A DNA stretch of 64,000 nucleotides from Burkholderiales bacterium (GCA_036555615.1 DATBKZ010000054.1:660-64659); one strand, 5' to 3'. Shown: positions 42,683 to 52,126, numbered from the stretch's first letter. Notes: a model not told the origin generated them from the sequence alone. Numbers and translations: made by a program.

Positions 42683-43042
42683 ATGACGCTCAAGCTCAAC
42701 CATTTGCATCTGAAGACCAAGGATCCGGACAAGACGGCGAAGTTCTACGTCGACACGTTCGGCGCGAAGATCCTAAACAAGAACCCGGGCGGCGGCTACC
42801 GCCTCGATCTGCTCGGGCTGCACCTCAACGTCTCGGGCTTTCTCGAGGACCAGACGCGCGAGCAGAAGTACGGGATGGAGCATATCGCCATCGACACCGA
42901 CCAGCTCGACGCGCTCATCAAGAAGCTCGAGGCCCAGGGCATCCGGATTCTCGAGAAGACGGTTGTCTCCGGCGGCCGGCGCGTGTGCTTCTTCGAGGGG
43001 CCGGATGGGGTCCAGCTCGAATTCATCGAAATGAAGAAATAG
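42683..43042 (+). CDS. VOC (glyoxalase/bleomycin-resistance/dioxygenase) family protein
   Basis: ATG 42683 is preceded by GGGGAGG. The protein has MTLKLNHLHLKTKDPDKTAKFYVDTFGAKI and GMEHIAIDTD. Confidence 0.85.
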   Translation: MTLKLNHLHLKTKDPDKTAKFYVDTFGAKILNKNPGGGYRLDLLGLHLNVSGFLEDQTREQKYGMEHIAIDTDQLDALIKKLEAQGIRILEKTVVSGGRRVCFFEGPDGVQLEFIEMKK

Positions 43043-43053
43043 AAAGGGGACGC

Positions 43054-44160
43054 ATGGCATCATCCAGTCGATTGCGGGTTGGCTTGATCGGAGCAGGCGG
43101 GCGCTGGGGCCCGTGGGCGCATGTGCCGGCGCTCACGCAATTGCCGGAGACCGAGCTCTACGCGGTTTGCACGGCGCATGCGGACACGGCGCAGGCGGCC
43201 GCCGACAAGTACGGCGTGAGGCACGCGTACAGCGACGTCAAGGCGATGAGCGCGGATCCGCAAGTGGAAGCGGCGCTCGTCGCCGTGCGCGTGCCGGCGC
43301 ACCTCGCGCTCACGAAAGCCGCCCTCGATGCGGGCAAGCATGTCTACTGCGAGTGGCCGCTCGGGGCGAACACGAAGGAGGCGGAGGAGCTGGCGGCGCT
43401 CGCCCGCAAGAAGAAGCTGCTCACGATGGTCGGTCTGCAGCGGCGCGCCTCCCCCGCGTACCTCTACATGCGGGAGCTCATCCGGGACAGCTACGTGGGC
43501 GAGATGCTGTCGGTCAACATGACGATGCAGAACAGCGGCGTGCTGACGCGCACCTCTGACCGCACGTGGCAGCGCGATGCAAGGCTCGGCGCAAATCCCC
43601 TCACCATCACCTTCGGTCATGCCATCGACGCCGTGTGCATGGTCGTGGGCGAGTTGACGGAGGTCTCGGCGGTCGTCAGCACCCAGGCCAAGCAGTGGTT
43701 CGAGACCGACACGAAGAAATACGTCGACACCAGCGCGCCCGACAACATCATGATCCAGGGCCGGCTCGAAAACGGCGCGGTGATCAGCGCGAATGTGGGC
43801 GTCCAGCCCTATCTCGGCAGCGGCTACCGCTTCGAGATCTATGGGAAGGACGGCACGCTCATGATGATCGGCGGCGGGGAAGCCGGGCAGGAGGCGAGCC
43901 GCAAGATCATGGGTGGCCACAAGGACGACAAGGCGCTGCAGGAGTTGCCCGTGCCCGAGCGGCTCAAATGGGTGCCGGAAGCCGTGCGCAAGGAGGGCCG
44001 CGCCTACGACGTCGGCCAGATGTGGGTCAATTTCTCGAAAGCGATCCGCGCGGGCGAGGGCGTCGAGCCCGATTTCGACCACGCCGTGCGCCGCCACCGG
44101 ATGCTGGATGCCATCGTGCGCGCCTCCGAGACCGGCCAGCGGCAGAAGATCAGCGCGTAA
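43054..44160 (+). CDS. Gfo/Idh/MocA-family oxidoreductase
   Basis: 368 aa from ATG 43054 (MASSSRLRVGLIGAGGRWG...HVYCEWPL...). The track fuses it to an upstream out-of-context extension (42640). Confidence 0.9.
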   Translation: MASSSRLRVGLIGAGGRWGPWAHVPALTQLPETELYAVCTAHADTAQAAADKYGVRHAYSDVKAMSADPQVEAALVAVRVPAHLALTKAALDAGKHVYCEWPLGANTKEAEELAALARKKKLLTMVGLQRRASPAYLYMRELIRDSYVGEMLSVNMTMQNSGVLTRTSDRTWQRDARLGANPLTITFGHAIDAVCMVVGELTEVSAVVSTQAKQWFETDTKKYVDTSAPDNIMIQGRLENGAVISANVGVQPYLGSGYRFEIYGKDGTLMMIGGGEAGQEASRKIMGGHKDDKALQELPVPERLKWVPEAVRKEGRAYDVGQMWVNFSKAIRAGEGVEPDFDHAVRRHRMLDAIVRASETGQRQKISA

Positions 44161-44611
44161 GCGTCAGTCGCCACGCCGCCGCATCGAGTGCCCGCGCCGC
44201 ATTGCGAAGCGCGTCGGCCAGGCCACGGCACGTGCGCGCCAGCGCGCGGTATGCGCGGCCGCGCGCCGTCACGATGAAATCGATCACCGGCTCGTATTGC
44301 TCGGCAGCCTCGAACAAGCTCGCGTAGCGCTCCTGCACGTGCGGCGGCAAGGAGGCGGCGGCGGTCTTCCAGTACGATTCGGCCATGGGGCGCTCCTTTT
44401 CGAAAGCGGTATTGGACGGCAGCGTGCGCTTGCGCGCTCGCGCGCGGGTCGCTGCCGGTGTGCCGCGCGCGATCAGCGTGACGAGTCCGCGCACTGCGCC
44501 GCGGAACATGCGGGCGAGGGCTTCCGCGCGCTCGCGGCGCGCAGCTTCGATGAGGGCGTCGATCTCCGCGCGCGTCGGATAGCGGGAACGCATGATCATC
44601 ATGTCAGCCAA
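44150..44611 (-). CDS. Hypothetical protein
   Basis: About 150 aa (ATG cluster at 44602-44591 after AAGGA). It has RSRYPTRAEIDALIEAARRERAEAL. Codon third positions are GC-rich. I do not recognise the family. The 3' end overlaps the convergent oxidoreductase gene by 11 nt. Confidence 0.45.
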   Translation of the reverse strand: MADMMIMRSRYPTRAEIDALIEAARRERAEALARMFRGAVRGLVTLIARGTPAATRARARKRTLPSNTAFEKERPMAESYWKTAAASLPPHVQERYASLFEAAEQYEPVIDFIVTARGRAYRALARTCRGLADALRNAARALDAAAWRLTLTR

Positions 44612-44826
44612 TCCTTTCGCAAAATGCCTCGCGAGATGATAGGCCGCGAGCGTCGCGTTGACACGCGATATTAAGTATCGCTAAACGCGAAATAGATTCA
44701 CGCGTCGCCATCCGGCGACGCACCAGCTTCGCGCAACGCGCGCACCGCTTCCGAAGCGGCCGCACCAGCAACGATCAGCGCTGCGAGTTGTTCACGCTTC
44801 GTTCATCAAGTTGAAACGTTCGGCGC

Positions 44827-46065
44827 TCAAGGCCGGTGCAGCGTCGGCATCTCGTGCGTGAATACGCGCCGGCCGCGCTTGAAGCCCGTCAGCGGTTGCG
44901 CCACGGTGGCGATCACGTCGGACGGCGAGGCCGCGTTCCACACGACAAGATCGGCGGGGTTGCCGACCGCGATGCCGTAGTCGCTCCGGCGTACGATCTG
45001 CGCCGGGCGGCTCGACACCATCGCGAAGCACTCGGCGAGCTCCTCCGGCCTCGAGCGCTGCACGACGTTGGCGTAGAGGTTCGCGATCCGCACCAGCGAG
45101 CAGTCGCCGTAGGGCGTGAAGGCATTCAACACGTTGTTGGTCGAAATGGAGCAGTTCGCCCCTTCGGCGATGAGCGCGTTGGCGTCGGCGACGCCGCGGA
45201 TGACGCTGTGCTCGAGGTGGCGCCCGCTGGTGAACATGTCGGTCGCCGGGAGCACCGCCACGGCGACTCCTGACGCGGCGAGCCGCTTGCCGAGTGCAGC
45301 CAGCTCGGCCGGGGGCAGGCAGGAGTACTTGTTGCCGTGACCGATCGCGACGCGCCCGCCCCAGCCAATCGCGTCCGTGAGGTCGCATACCTGCCAGATG
45401 TCCATGTCGTGGGTCGTGTAACCGCCGTCGAGATGGATATCCACGTCGACGTCGAATTCCTTCGCGAGCGCGAAGATGCGGCGGATCTGGCCGGGGCCGT
45501 CGGTGTCGTAGCGCGGCGCGCCGCCTACCACACGCACGCCGCGCTTGAGCGCCGCCACGACGTTCGCCTCGGCGCCCGGCACATTGGTCCACCCCTCCTG
45601 GAGGAAGACGCAGAGCTGAACATCGATCGCCCAGGCGTAATCGCGCGCCAGGCGCTCGATGGCATGAAAGCCGTGCAGACCCACGTTCGGGTCGACCTCG
45701 ACGTGGGTCCGCATGTGGGCAACCCCGTTCAGCACGCACTGCTCGAGCGTCCGGCTCGCGCGCGCGTGGATGTCCTCGGCCGTGAAGGTGTGCTTGATCG
45801 CGGAAGTGCGCGCCATGTGGTCGGTCGCGCGGCGATCCTTCTGCGGCGCGCATCGGTCCACGATCCGCGACTTGTCGAGGTGGAAGTGGCTCTCCACGAG
45901 GCCCGGGGACACGAAACGCCCGGCGGCATCGACGACATCGCGCGCGCCGGAGATTCCGGGCGCGACGGCGGCGATGCGTCCATCCGCGACGGCAATGTCG
46001 ACAGTTGCGCGCGCTGCATTGCCATCCGCCAGCCGCGCGTTTCGCACGATGAGGTCGTAGGCCAC
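44827..46065 (-). CDS. Cytosine deaminase-like amidohydrolase
   Basis: 412 aa from GTG 46065 (after GGGGAG): VAYDLIVRNARLADG, SPGLVESHFHLDK, VDIHLD, and NPADLVVW. Confidence 0.85.
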   Translation of the reverse strand: MAYDLIVRNARLADGNAARATVDIAVADGRIAAVAPGISGARDVVDAAGRFVSPGLVESHFHLDKSRIVDRCAPQKDRRATDHMARTSAIKHTFTAEDIHARASRTLEQCVLNGVAHMRTHVEVDPNVGLHGFHAIERLARDYAWAIDVQLCVFLQEGWTNVPGAEANVVAALKRGVRVVGGAPRYDTDGPGQIRRIFALAKEFDVDVDIHLDGGYTTHDMDIWQVCDLTDAIGWGGRVAIGHGNKYSCLPPAELAALGKRLAASGVAVAVLPATDMFTSGRHLEHSVIRGVADANALIAEGANCSISTNNVLNAFTPYGDCSLVRIANLYANVVQRSRPEELAECFAMVSSRPAQIVRRSDYGIAVGNPADLVVWNAASPSDVIATVAQPLTGFKRGRRVFTHEMPTLHRP

Positions 46066-46115
46066 TTCTCTCCCCTTTGATTGCAGATCAAACGTTCCGG
46101 CGCCGCGGCCGGCCG

Positions 46116-47369
46116 CTACTTGTTCGCGAGCTCGAGCAGCGCGGCGGTGAGCACGCGCGCGCCGGCGGCGAGGTCGGCGGGCTTTGCGTTCTCCGCCTCG
46201 TTGTGGGACACCCCCTTCTCGCATGGCACGAAGATCATCGCGGTGGGGCAGATGCGCGCCATGTACATCGCGTCGTGGCTCGCTCCCGAGGTGAGACGCA
46301 TGCTGGGGACCCCGAGCTCGTTTGAGGCACGCTCGATCGCACCCACGACGTTCGGGTCGAACACGCACGGGTCGTCGTGCAGCGTGGGCGTGACCTTGAC
46401 GGCGCAGGGCGCCGCGGCTTTCGTTGCCGCGGGCACCACGGCGTTGCCGAGACGGTCGATGGTTGCCGGGTCCGGATGCCGGATGTCGACGGAAAAGAGC
46501 ACATGGCTCGCCACCGAATTAGGCGAGTTCGGGGTCACCAGCATGCGCCCGACGGTAAAGCGCACGGTGTCGGTCGCGTCGCGCGTCAATTCCTGAAGTG
46601 CTTGAATGATGTGGATGGCACTGCGCAGCGCGTCCTGCCGCAGCGCGAGCGGCGTGGTGCCGGCATGGTCGGTCTTGCCGAAGACCTCGATGTTGAACCA
46701 GCGCAGGCCCTGGATGCCGGTGACGACGCCGATCGTCTTGCGGGCGCTTTCCAGCAGCGGCCCTTGCTCGATATGCGCTTCGATGTAGGCGGTGGCGCGC
46801 GCGTTGATGGGCCGCCGCGCGAGGCCGGGTGTGGCGGTAAGCGTCTCCCAGAGCGCATCCCTTAGCGCGACGCCTTCGTTGTCCCGGACCTCGAGAAATT
46901 CCTCCAGCTTGCGCGCACCGGTGTAGACCGCCGATCCCATCGTACATGGCTGGAAGCGTGCGCCTTCCTCGTTGGTCCAGGCGACGAGCTCGATCGGGCG
47001 CCTGGTCTTCACGTCCGCCTCGTCCATCGCTTGCAGCGCCTCCAGCGCGGCGAGCACGCCGTAGATCCCGTCGAAGCGTCCGCCCCGGGGCTGGCTGTCC
47101 ATGTGGCTGCCGGTCATCACCGGGGCGGCGGCGGCGTCGCTACCCGGGCGGCGCACGAACAGGTTGCCGATGGCGTCCACCGCGACCTGGAAGTTGCGCT
47201 CACGGGCCCAGCCGATCAGCACCTTGCGCGCGGCGATGTCCTCTTTCGACAACGCGGCGCGGTTGACGCCGTTGCCGGGAATCGCGCCGATTTGCGCCAT
47301 TTCCATGTGGCGGCGCCACAGGCGCTCCTCGCTGACGCGGGCGACCGCGTCCTGGTGGGCTTCACGCAT
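46116..47369 (-). CDS. M20-family Zn hydrolase (allantoate amidohydrolase / N-carbamoyl-L-amino-acid hydrolase type)
   Basis: 417-aa ORF with GSHMDSQPRGGRFDGIYGV, WTNEEGARF, and SGASHDAMYMA. Confidence 0.9.
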   Translation of the reverse strand: MREAHQDAVARVSEERLWRRHMEMAQIGAIPGNGVNRAALSKEDIAARKVLIGWARERNFQVAVDAIGNLFVRRPGSDAAAAPVMTGSHMDSQPRGGRFDGIYGVLAALEALQAMDEADVKTRRPIELVAWTNEEGARFQPCTMGSAVYTGARKLEEFLEVRDNEGVALRDALWETLTATPGLARRPINARATAYIEAHIEQGPLLESARKTIGVVTGIQGLRWFNIEVFGKTDHAGTTPLALRQDALRSAIHIIQALQELTRDATDTVRFTVGRMLVTPNSPNSVASHVLFSVDIRHPDPATIDRLGNAVVPAATKAAAPCAVKVTPTLHDDPCVFDPNVVGAIERASNELGVPSMRLTSGASHDAMYMARICPTAMIFVPCEKGVSHNEAENAKPADLAAGARVLTAALLELANK

Positions 47370-47435
47370 TTCGCGATTATGAAGCTTTTTGCGCTATCTT
47401 TAACCCGTCACCCGTCCCCCTTCACTCCATAACAC

Positions 47436-48539
47436 ATGACACTCAAACGCCCCAAAGGCCCCGCCGGCAGGTTGATCGTGCTGGGTCACACCTCGCAGAT
47501 CCTCAAGGACAACCCCCTCGGCGACCCGCACGAGCGCAGCCTCGGTGTGTGGCTGCCGCCGCAGTATGACGCGAGCGACAAGCGCCGCTTCCCCGTGCTC
47601 TACGATCTGGTGGGATTCACGGGATCGGGCCTCTCGCACCTCAACTGGAAGCCGTTCGGCGACAACGTCCCGGAACGCGCGGCGCGCCTCATCCGCGAGG
47701 GCAGGATGGGGCCGGTCATCATTGTCTTCCCGGACTGCTTCACCGCATACGGCGGCAACCAGTACGTGAACTCTCCTGCGATTGGCAACTACGCGGATTA
47801 CCTCACGCGGGAGCTTGTCCCGTTCGTGGACCGCCAGTTCCGCACGCTCGCGCGCCGCGAGCACCGCGGCTGCTTCGGAAAATCATCCGGGGGCTACGGC
47901 GCGATCATGCACGGCATGAAATACGCCCGCTACTGGGGCGCGGTCGCGGATCACTCGGGTGACGCCTATTTCGATTTCTGCTACTGGACCGACTGGCCGA
48001 ACACGCTGAACGAGCTCGCCAAGCACCGCTCGCCCAAGCGCAGGGCCGGCCGCTACGACGCGCGCCGGGAGGCGGGGCGGCGGGGACTCGCGCAGGGGCG
48101 CGACGATGGCCGCATCAAGCGCTTTCTCCAGCATGTGTGGAAGAAGGAGAAGGTCTCGAACGCGGAGAGCCTGTGCATCATGAACCTGTGCATGGCGGCG
48201 ACCTACGACCCGGACCCGAGGGCGCCGCTCGGCTTCCGCGTGCCGGTGAACCTCGAGACGGGGGAGGCGCTCTGGGAGCGCTGGAAACAATGGCACCGGC
48301 ACGACCCGGTTCATCTCGTCGCGAAGTATCGGGCGAGCTTGAAGTCGCTACGCGGCATCTACATCGACTGCGGCTGGCGCGACCAGTTTCATATCCACTT
48401 CGGCACGCGCATCCTGTCGCAGCGCCTTGCGGCAGCCGGCATCCGCCACACCTACGAGGAATTCGACGACAACCACTCCGACATCGACTACCGGATGGAC
48501 GTCAGCCTGCCGTTCCTCTACCGGGCGCTGAAACCGTAG
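47436..48539 (+). CDS. Esterase-family alpha/beta hydrolase (putative esterase / esterase D-like)
   Basis: 367 aa with FPVLYDLVGFTGSG and the nucleophile elbow CFGKSSGGYGA. Confidence 0.8.
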   Translation: MTLKRPKGPAGRLIVLGHTSQILKDNPLGDPHERSLGVWLPPQYDASDKRRFPVLYDLVGFTGSGLSHLNWKPFGDNVPERAARLIREGRMGPVIIVFPDCFTAYGGNQYVNSPAIGNYADYLTRELVPFVDRQFRTLARREHRGCFGKSSGGYGAIMHGMKYARYWGAVADHSGDAYFDFCYWTDWPNTLNELAKHRSPKRRAGRYDARREAGRRGLAQGRDDGRIKRFLQHVWKKEKVSNAESLCIMNLCMAATYDPDPRAPLGFRVPVNLETGEALWERWKQWHRHDPVHLVAKYRASLKSLRGIYIDCGWRDQFHIHFGTRILSQRLAAAGIRHTYEEFDDNHSDIDYRMDVSLPFLYRALKP

Positions 48540-49396
48540 AGCGTTTCCGGGTTGGTGACGAGGATGCGATTGCGCGTTTTCTCGTCCACCGCCCATTCGG
48601 CAAGGAGATCGAACAAGCGCGCATCGTCGGGCTTTTCCTTCTCGCTCGGGTGCGGCCAGTCGCTGCCCCACACCAGGCGCTCCGGCGCCGCTCTCACGAA
48701 AGCCTGCGCGATTCTTGCTGAGTCCGCATAGCTCGGCGGGCCGATTTGCGAGTTGAAGTAGGCGCCCGCGAGCTTGATCCAGGTCCGGCCCTTCTCGATC
48801 AGGCTGAGGATGATCTTGTACGCCGGATGGGCAAGCCCGGCCGCCGGGGGGAGCCGCCCCATGTGGTCGATCACGATCGGGATGGGCAGGCGCCGCAGGA
48901 GCTCCGCGTTCTCCGCGATCATGTCGCCCGGCAGGTGCAGCTGCACGTGCCAGCCGAGAGGAGCGATGCGCCGCGCGAGCGGCTCCACCATGTCGATCGT
49001 GACGACCGCGGTGGCCGGGTCGCCGAGCGAGAACCGGATGCCGCGGATGCCGCCGGCGTCGAGCCGCTTCAGCTCGGCATCGCTGACCGTCGGGTGCAGC
49101 ACCGCGATGCCGCGCGCGCCCGCCCCGAGCTGCGCCACTGCGTCGAGCGTGACCTGGTTGTCCGTCGCGTGGTTGCGCGGCTGCACGACCACGACGCGCG
49201 TCGTCCCGATGCGCTTCTGCAGCAGCCGGTACTCCGGCACGCCGGCGTTGGCGACGGGCGATCGCGAGGCGAGCTGCGGCGCGCGCGCGTCGTAGATGTG
49301 CATGTGGCAGTCGGCCGCGTTTGCCGGAGCCGCCGTTCCCGGCCGCGCGGTTCCGGAGGAATTGGGCACGACATGGCCCGGGACGTTGCTCGTCAC
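48518..49396 (-). CDS. Amidohydrolase_2 family protein
   Basis: 292 aa with ADCHMHIYD, IVIDHMG and the VWGSDWPHP C-terminal motif. The 3' end overlaps the esterase gene by 22 nt. Confidence 0.85.
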   Translation of the reverse strand: MTSNVPGHVVPNSSGTARPGTAAPANAADCHMHIYDARAPQLASRSPVANAGVPEYRLLQKRIGTTRVVVVQPRNHATDNQVTLDAVAQLGAGARGIAVLHPTVSDAELKRLDAGGIRGIRFSLGDPATAVVTIDMVEPLARRIAPLGWHVQLHLPGDMIAENAELLRRLPIPIVIDHMGRLPPAAGLAHPAYKIILSLIEKGRTWIKLAGAYFNSQIGPPSYADSARIAQAFVRAAPERLVWGSDWPHPSEKEKPDDARLFDLLAEWAVDEKTRNRILVTNPETLYGFSAR

Positions 49397-49401
49397 CGAA
49401 G

Positions 49402-50328
49402 TCAGTCCAGCTTCCGCGTGACGGCGTCGAAGAGCTCGTCCACCTTGAAACGCTTCGGGATCAGCTGCTGCTGGTAGACGTAGTCAATCGCGACCTCGAG
49501 GTTGCGCCGGTTCGGCTCCAGTCCGATCGGGGTCATGTCGAGCTCGCTCGCGGCGGGCGCGGGGGCGCGGCCCTTCGCTTCGCGCAGCAGCCGGTAGACT
49601 TCGCGTACCGCGTCCGGATCGGATTTCGACAGCGAATCCCTCACCACCACCATGTGGTTGATCTGGATCGCGCGGTTCTTTGCGTGCCAGTTGCGGGCCG
49701 CCTGGTCTGGGTCGGCAATGAGGCGCTTCAGGCGCGGGTCCGGCAGCGTGGGGTCGCGCAGCACCGCCGCGTCCACCTCGCCGTCGAGCAGCATCTTCAT
49801 CAGGTCGCGGCCCTCGGGGGCGCGCTCGACCGAGGGCGGATCCTTGAACTCCGCCACGTGCGGCTCCTCGAACGTCACCCAGCGCACGGAGTCGATATCG
49901 ACCCCGTAATCGTTGGCGAGTATGCCGCGCAGCCACATGCTCGTCGTCACCGAGTAGGAGCGGATGCCGACGCGGCGGCCGTTCAAGTCCTGCGGGCGTA
50001 ATTCGCCGCGCGCCGAGTTGTACACGAGGAACGGATGCTGGAAGCGCCCGAGCACGACCGCCGGCAGCAGCACGTAGGGCTTACCGTGCGCCTTGGCCAT
50101 GAGGTAGGTCACGATCGCGAGCTCGGAGACGTCGAACTCGAGGTTGCGCACCGTGCGCTTGAACGCGCTGGCAACCTGCGGGACGTCGGCGAAATCGAAG
50201 GCGACGCGGGGTGAGCTCAACTCTCCCCGCCGCAGTGCCCGCGTGGTCGGGTAGTCGCCGAGCAGGGTTTTCAGCCGCGTGACGCGCGGCGATGCGGCCG
50301 GTGTGGCGCGTTGGGGTGCGGATGGCAT
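49402..50328 (-). CDS. 4,5-dihydroxyphthalate decarboxylase-like / NMT1-type PBP-fold protein
   Basis: 308 aa from ATG 50328. The layout, as I recall PhtD-like proteins, is YPTTRAL, LEFDVSELAIVTYLMAKAHGKPYVLLPAVVLGRFQH, and RRVGIRSYSVTTSMWLRGIL. Confidence 0.55.
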   Translation of the reverse strand: MPSAPQRATPAASPRVTRLKTLLGDYPTTRALRRGELSSPRVAFDFADVPQVASAFKRTVRNLEFDVSELAIVTYLMAKAHGKPYVLLPAVVLGRFQHPFLVYNSARGELRPQDLNGRRVGIRSYSVTTSMWLRGILANDYGVDIDSVRWVTFEEPHVAEFKDPPSVERAPEGRDLMKMLLDGEVDAAVLRDPTLPDPRLKRLIADPDQAARNWHAKNRAIQINHMVVVRDSLSKSDPDAVREVYRLLREAKGRAPAPAASELDMTPIGLEPNRRNLEVAIDYVYQQQLIPKRFKVDELFDAVTRKLD

Positions 50329-50448
50329 ATATACGCCTCTCTTGCAGGAGACCGGAGTGCGGAGCGTATCACGCCGCAAGTTGACGGGCATGTCGCGCGT
50401 CCACTATGTTCCCGATGACATCCGCAGAAATTCAGGGAGGCGAGAGCC

Positions 50449-51420
50449 ATGAAACGAATTGGATTGACGGTCTTGTCGTGTGCTTTGATTGCGGCCGGCA
50501 TGCCGGCGGCGCTGGCGCAGACGGAGAAATATCCCGAGCGACCGATCAGGCTCATCTCGCCGTTTCCGCCGGGAGGCACGGTGGACGTGAATGCGCGGAT
50601 CCTCGCGCCCGCGGTCGCCAGGTCGATCGGCCAGCAGGTCGTGGTGGACAATCGCGCCGGGGCTTCCGGCATCATCGGCACGGCCGCAGCGGCGCGGGAG
50701 AAGCCGGACGGCTACTCGCTCATCATCAATACCACCCCGATGGTGACGAACACGCTCATGTACAGCAAGGTCCCGTACAACGTGCTCAGGGACTTCGACT
50801 GGATATCGATCCTCTCGACCACGCCCTCGTTCCTGAGCGTGCATCCGTCGGTGCCGGCCCGGTCGGTGCGCGAGCTGCTGCAGCTCGCGAAATCGCGCCC
50901 GGGAGCGCTCAATTACGCCGCCGCGGGCACCGGCACCAATCCACACATCGCGGGGGAGCTGTTCAATCTGCTGGGGAAGGTCGACATCCAGGCCGTGCAG
51001 TTCAAAGGCGGGGGTCCCGCGCTGGTCGCGGCGATCAGCGGCGAGGTGGGCGTCGCGTTTTCGGGCGTTGCGGGTGCGGTGCAATTCGTGCAGTCGGGGC
51101 GCCTGCGCGCGCTCGGGGTAACAAGCCGGAAGCCCGTCGCCGCGCTGCCCGGGGTTCCGCCGATTGCCGAAGCCTTGCCCGGCTACGAATTTGTCGCGTG
51201 GTTCGTGCTGGCTGCGCCGAAGGGCACGCCGCGCGAGGTCATCCTGACGTTGAACGAGCACTTCCGCAAGGCCATGACGTTTCCCGAGTCGATCCGGCGC
51301 TTCCAGGGCGAAGGGCTCGAGGTCGTCGGCAGCACGCCGGAGCAGGCGGCGGCCACGATGGAATCCGAGCTCAAGAAATATGCGGTCCTGATCCGGGAGC
51401 GGCGGATGAAGGCCGACTGA
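50449..51420 (+). CDS. Bug/TctC-family substrate-binding protein
   Basis: 323-aa ORF with RPIRLISPFPPGGTVD and VQFKGGGPALVAAISGE. Confidence 0.9.
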   Translation: MKRIGLTVLSCALIAAGMPAALAQTEKYPERPIRLISPFPPGGTVDVNARILAPAVARSIGQQVVVDNRAGASGIIGTAAAAREKPDGYSLIINTTPMVTNTLMYSKVPYNVLRDFDWISILSTTPSFLSVHPSVPARSVRELLQLAKSRPGALNYAAAGTGTNPHIAGELFNLLGKVDIQAVQFKGGGPALVAAISGEVGVAFSGVAGAVQFVQSGRLRALGVTSRKPVAALPGVPPIAEALPGYEFVAWFVLAAPKGTPREVILTLNEHFRKAMTFPESIRRFQGEGLEVVGSTPEQAAATMESELKKYAVLIRERRMKAD

Positions 51421-51421
51421 T

Positions 51422-52126
51422 TTACTTCGTCGCGCTGCGGCGCCCGGGCACCGGCAGTTTCCGCGGCTCAGCCGGCTTGAGGGGCCCCCACACGCGGCTA
51501 TAGTAGGTGTCGGCGAGCTGCAGCGCGGCGACCGGGTTGTGGCCGAGGACGCGATCCTTCGCGACAAGGACCGTCGTGAGCCCCTTCGCGTGCCGGAAGA
51601 ACAGGCTGTCGTGGCCGATGCACAGGCCCAGCACGATGTTGAACTCGCAGCCGTGCTCGTTCAAGAGCTCGGCCTGGCATACCGGGTTGCACAGCGCCTC
51701 GAACTGCCCCGGGCGGACCTTCTCGCTGTCGGCGATGCCCAGGTCTTCTTTGGGGATGCTTCCGGTCTTGCACGCGGCCGATACCACCTCGAAGCCGTGG
51801 CTCTCGAGTATGCCGCTCAGGACGTAAGCGTGGTCGACGAAGCTGATGCAGTTCGCGATGCCGATCCTGCGGTAGCCCATGCGCTTGGCGAACTGCACGA
51901 TCTCCTCGACCCGCGTCCACTTGCAGTAGCCTTCTGATTCCACCAGCGCCGATTCCCGCGAAATCTTGCGGATCTCCGGGTCGTCGTAGCGCGCAAGCGC
52001 GTGAGCCTGGGTTTCGGGGTCGACGCGGGTGGGGCAGAACCCGGGGCCGCGCTCCGCCTCTTCACCCTGGCGGCAGGCCTTGACCGTCGGCGGACAGTAT
52101 GCGCAGGCGGGGTCTTCGTATCTCAT
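51422..52126 (-). CDS. DUF1847-like Cys-rich metal-binding protein
   Basis: 234 aa with an N-terminal Cys cluster (CAYCPPTVKACRQG...FCP) and the conserved LGLCIGHDSLFF...VLVAKDRVLGHNP block that I associate with DUF1847. Confidence 0.7.
   Translation of the reverse strand: MRYEDPACAYCPPTVKACRQGEEAERGPGFCPTRVDPETQAHALARYDDPEIRKISRESALVESEGYCKWTRVEEIVQFAKRMGYRRIGIANCISFVDHAYVLSGILESHGFEVVSAACKTGSIPKEDLGIADSEKVRPGQFEALCNPVCQAELLNEHGCEFNIVLGLCIGHDSLFFRHAKGLTTVLVAKDRVLGHNPVAALQLADTYYSRVWGPLKPAEPRKLPVPGRRSATK

Noticed and set aside
42640-44160. 506-aa ORF fusing the upstream region to the Gfo/Idh/MocA gene
   Set aside because: The first 138 codons overlap the VOC gene in another frame and are Arg-rich. 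The canonical Rossmann N-terminus (MASSSRLRVGLIGAGG) starts at 43054.
46076-46092. TTTGAT-TGCAG-ATCAAA palindrome as a third FNR box
   Set aside because: The spacer is 5 nt rather than the 4 nt required for FNR/Dnr-type sites. It also lies in a 50-bp gap between two co-directional genes, so it is more likely a small hairpin.
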